Shown one piece after another: positions 63,238 through 64,000 of a stretch of 64,000 bases of DNA. The notes below the pieces were generated by a model. That model was not told the origin of the DNA and did not search any database. It was given only the letters and a program-made list of their open reading frames with translations. The DNA comes from Escherichia coli O157:H7. GTDB lineage: Bacteria > Pseudomonadota > Gammaproteobacteria > Enterobacterales > Enterobacteriaceae. The stretch lies in NCBI RefSeq assembly GCF_013167455.1, contig NZ_CP038328.1, one strand, 5' to 3'. The first letter of the stretch is position 1, and every line of letters begins with the position of its first letter. Made by a program: the position numbers and the translations under genes.

Positions 63238-64000
63238 ATGAAAAATGTTGGTTTTATCGGCTGGCGCGGTATGGTCGGCTCCGTTCTCATGCAACGCATG
63301 GTTGAAGAGCGCGACTTCGACGCCATTCGCCCTGTCTTCTTTTCTACTTCTCAGCTTGGTCAGGCTGCGCCGTCTTTTGGCGGAACCACTGGCACACTTC
63401 AGGATGCCTTTGATCTGGAGGCGCTAAAGGCCCTCGATATCATTGTGACCTGTCAGGGCGGCGATTATACCAACGAAATCTATCCAAAGCTTCGTGAAAG
63501 CGGATGGCAGGGTTACTGGATTGACGCAGCATCGTCTCTGCGCATGAAAGATGACGCCATCATCATTCTTGACCCCGTCAATCAGGACGTCATTACCGAC
63601 GGATTAAATAATGGCATCAGGACTTTTGTTGGCGGTAACTGTACCGTAAGCCTGATGTTGATGTCGTTGGGTGGTTTATTCGCCAATGATCTTGTTGATT
63701 GGGTGTCCGTTGCAACCTACCAGGCCGCTTCCGGCGGTGGTGCGCGGCATATGCGTGAGTTATTAACCCAGATGGGCCATCTGTATGGCCATGTAGCAGA
63801 TGAACTCGCGACCCCGTCCTCTGCTATTCTCGATATCGAACGCAAAGTCACAACCTTAACCCGTAGCGGTGAGCTGCCGGTGGATAACTTTGGCGTGCCG
63901 CTGGCGGGTAGCCTGATTCCGTGGATCGACAAACAGCTCGATAACGGTCAGAGCCGCGAAGAGTGGAAAGGGCAGGCGGAAACCAACAAGATCCTCAACA
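63238..64000 (+). CDS. asd: Aspartate-semialdehyde dehydrogenase Asd, 5' part (about 254 codons; continues beyond the window end)
   Basis: ATG at 63238; translation [45 protein letters not shown]... with active-site region GGNCTVSLM; no stop before the window end, so absent from the ORF track. Confidence 0.92.

Overview
This window reads as an Escherichia coli-type chromosomal segment, in reverse orientation relative to the K-12 map as I recall it. Gene order: a partial GntR-family regulator; nikR and nikEDCBA (minus strand); acpT; a 17-gene aryl-polyene (APE)-type type II PKS-like cluster plus a small lipoprotein gene (about 15.4 kb, not part of K-12 at this locus as far as I recall); yhhT, yhhS, dcrB, yhhQ, tusA, zntA, yhhN, yhhM, yhhL, rsmD; ftsYEX and rpoH; livJ, a GNAT-toxin/DUF1778-antitoxin pair, panZ, livKHMGF; an orphan membrane-anchored PLDc_N/TPR-like ORF; ugpBAECQ, yhhA, ggt; a low-GC islet with two hypothetical ORFs; yhhY, the RyhB sRNA, yhhX, yhhW, gntRKU; a two-gene insertion made of a disrupted RecQ-family helicase with a ComF-like PRTase tail, translationally coupled to an intact DprA paralogue; yhgN and the 5' part of asd. 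The candidates I rate most likely to be undescribed are the RecQ-PRTase/DprA module, the PLDc_N/TPR ORF and the low-GC islet; the APE cluster and the toxin-antitoxin pair belong to described families. All calls rest on reading the translations and motifs directly; no database search was run. Statements about what K-12 carries or lacks are recollection and need alignment to confirm. No tRNA, rRNA, CRISPR array, IS element or integrase was seen.
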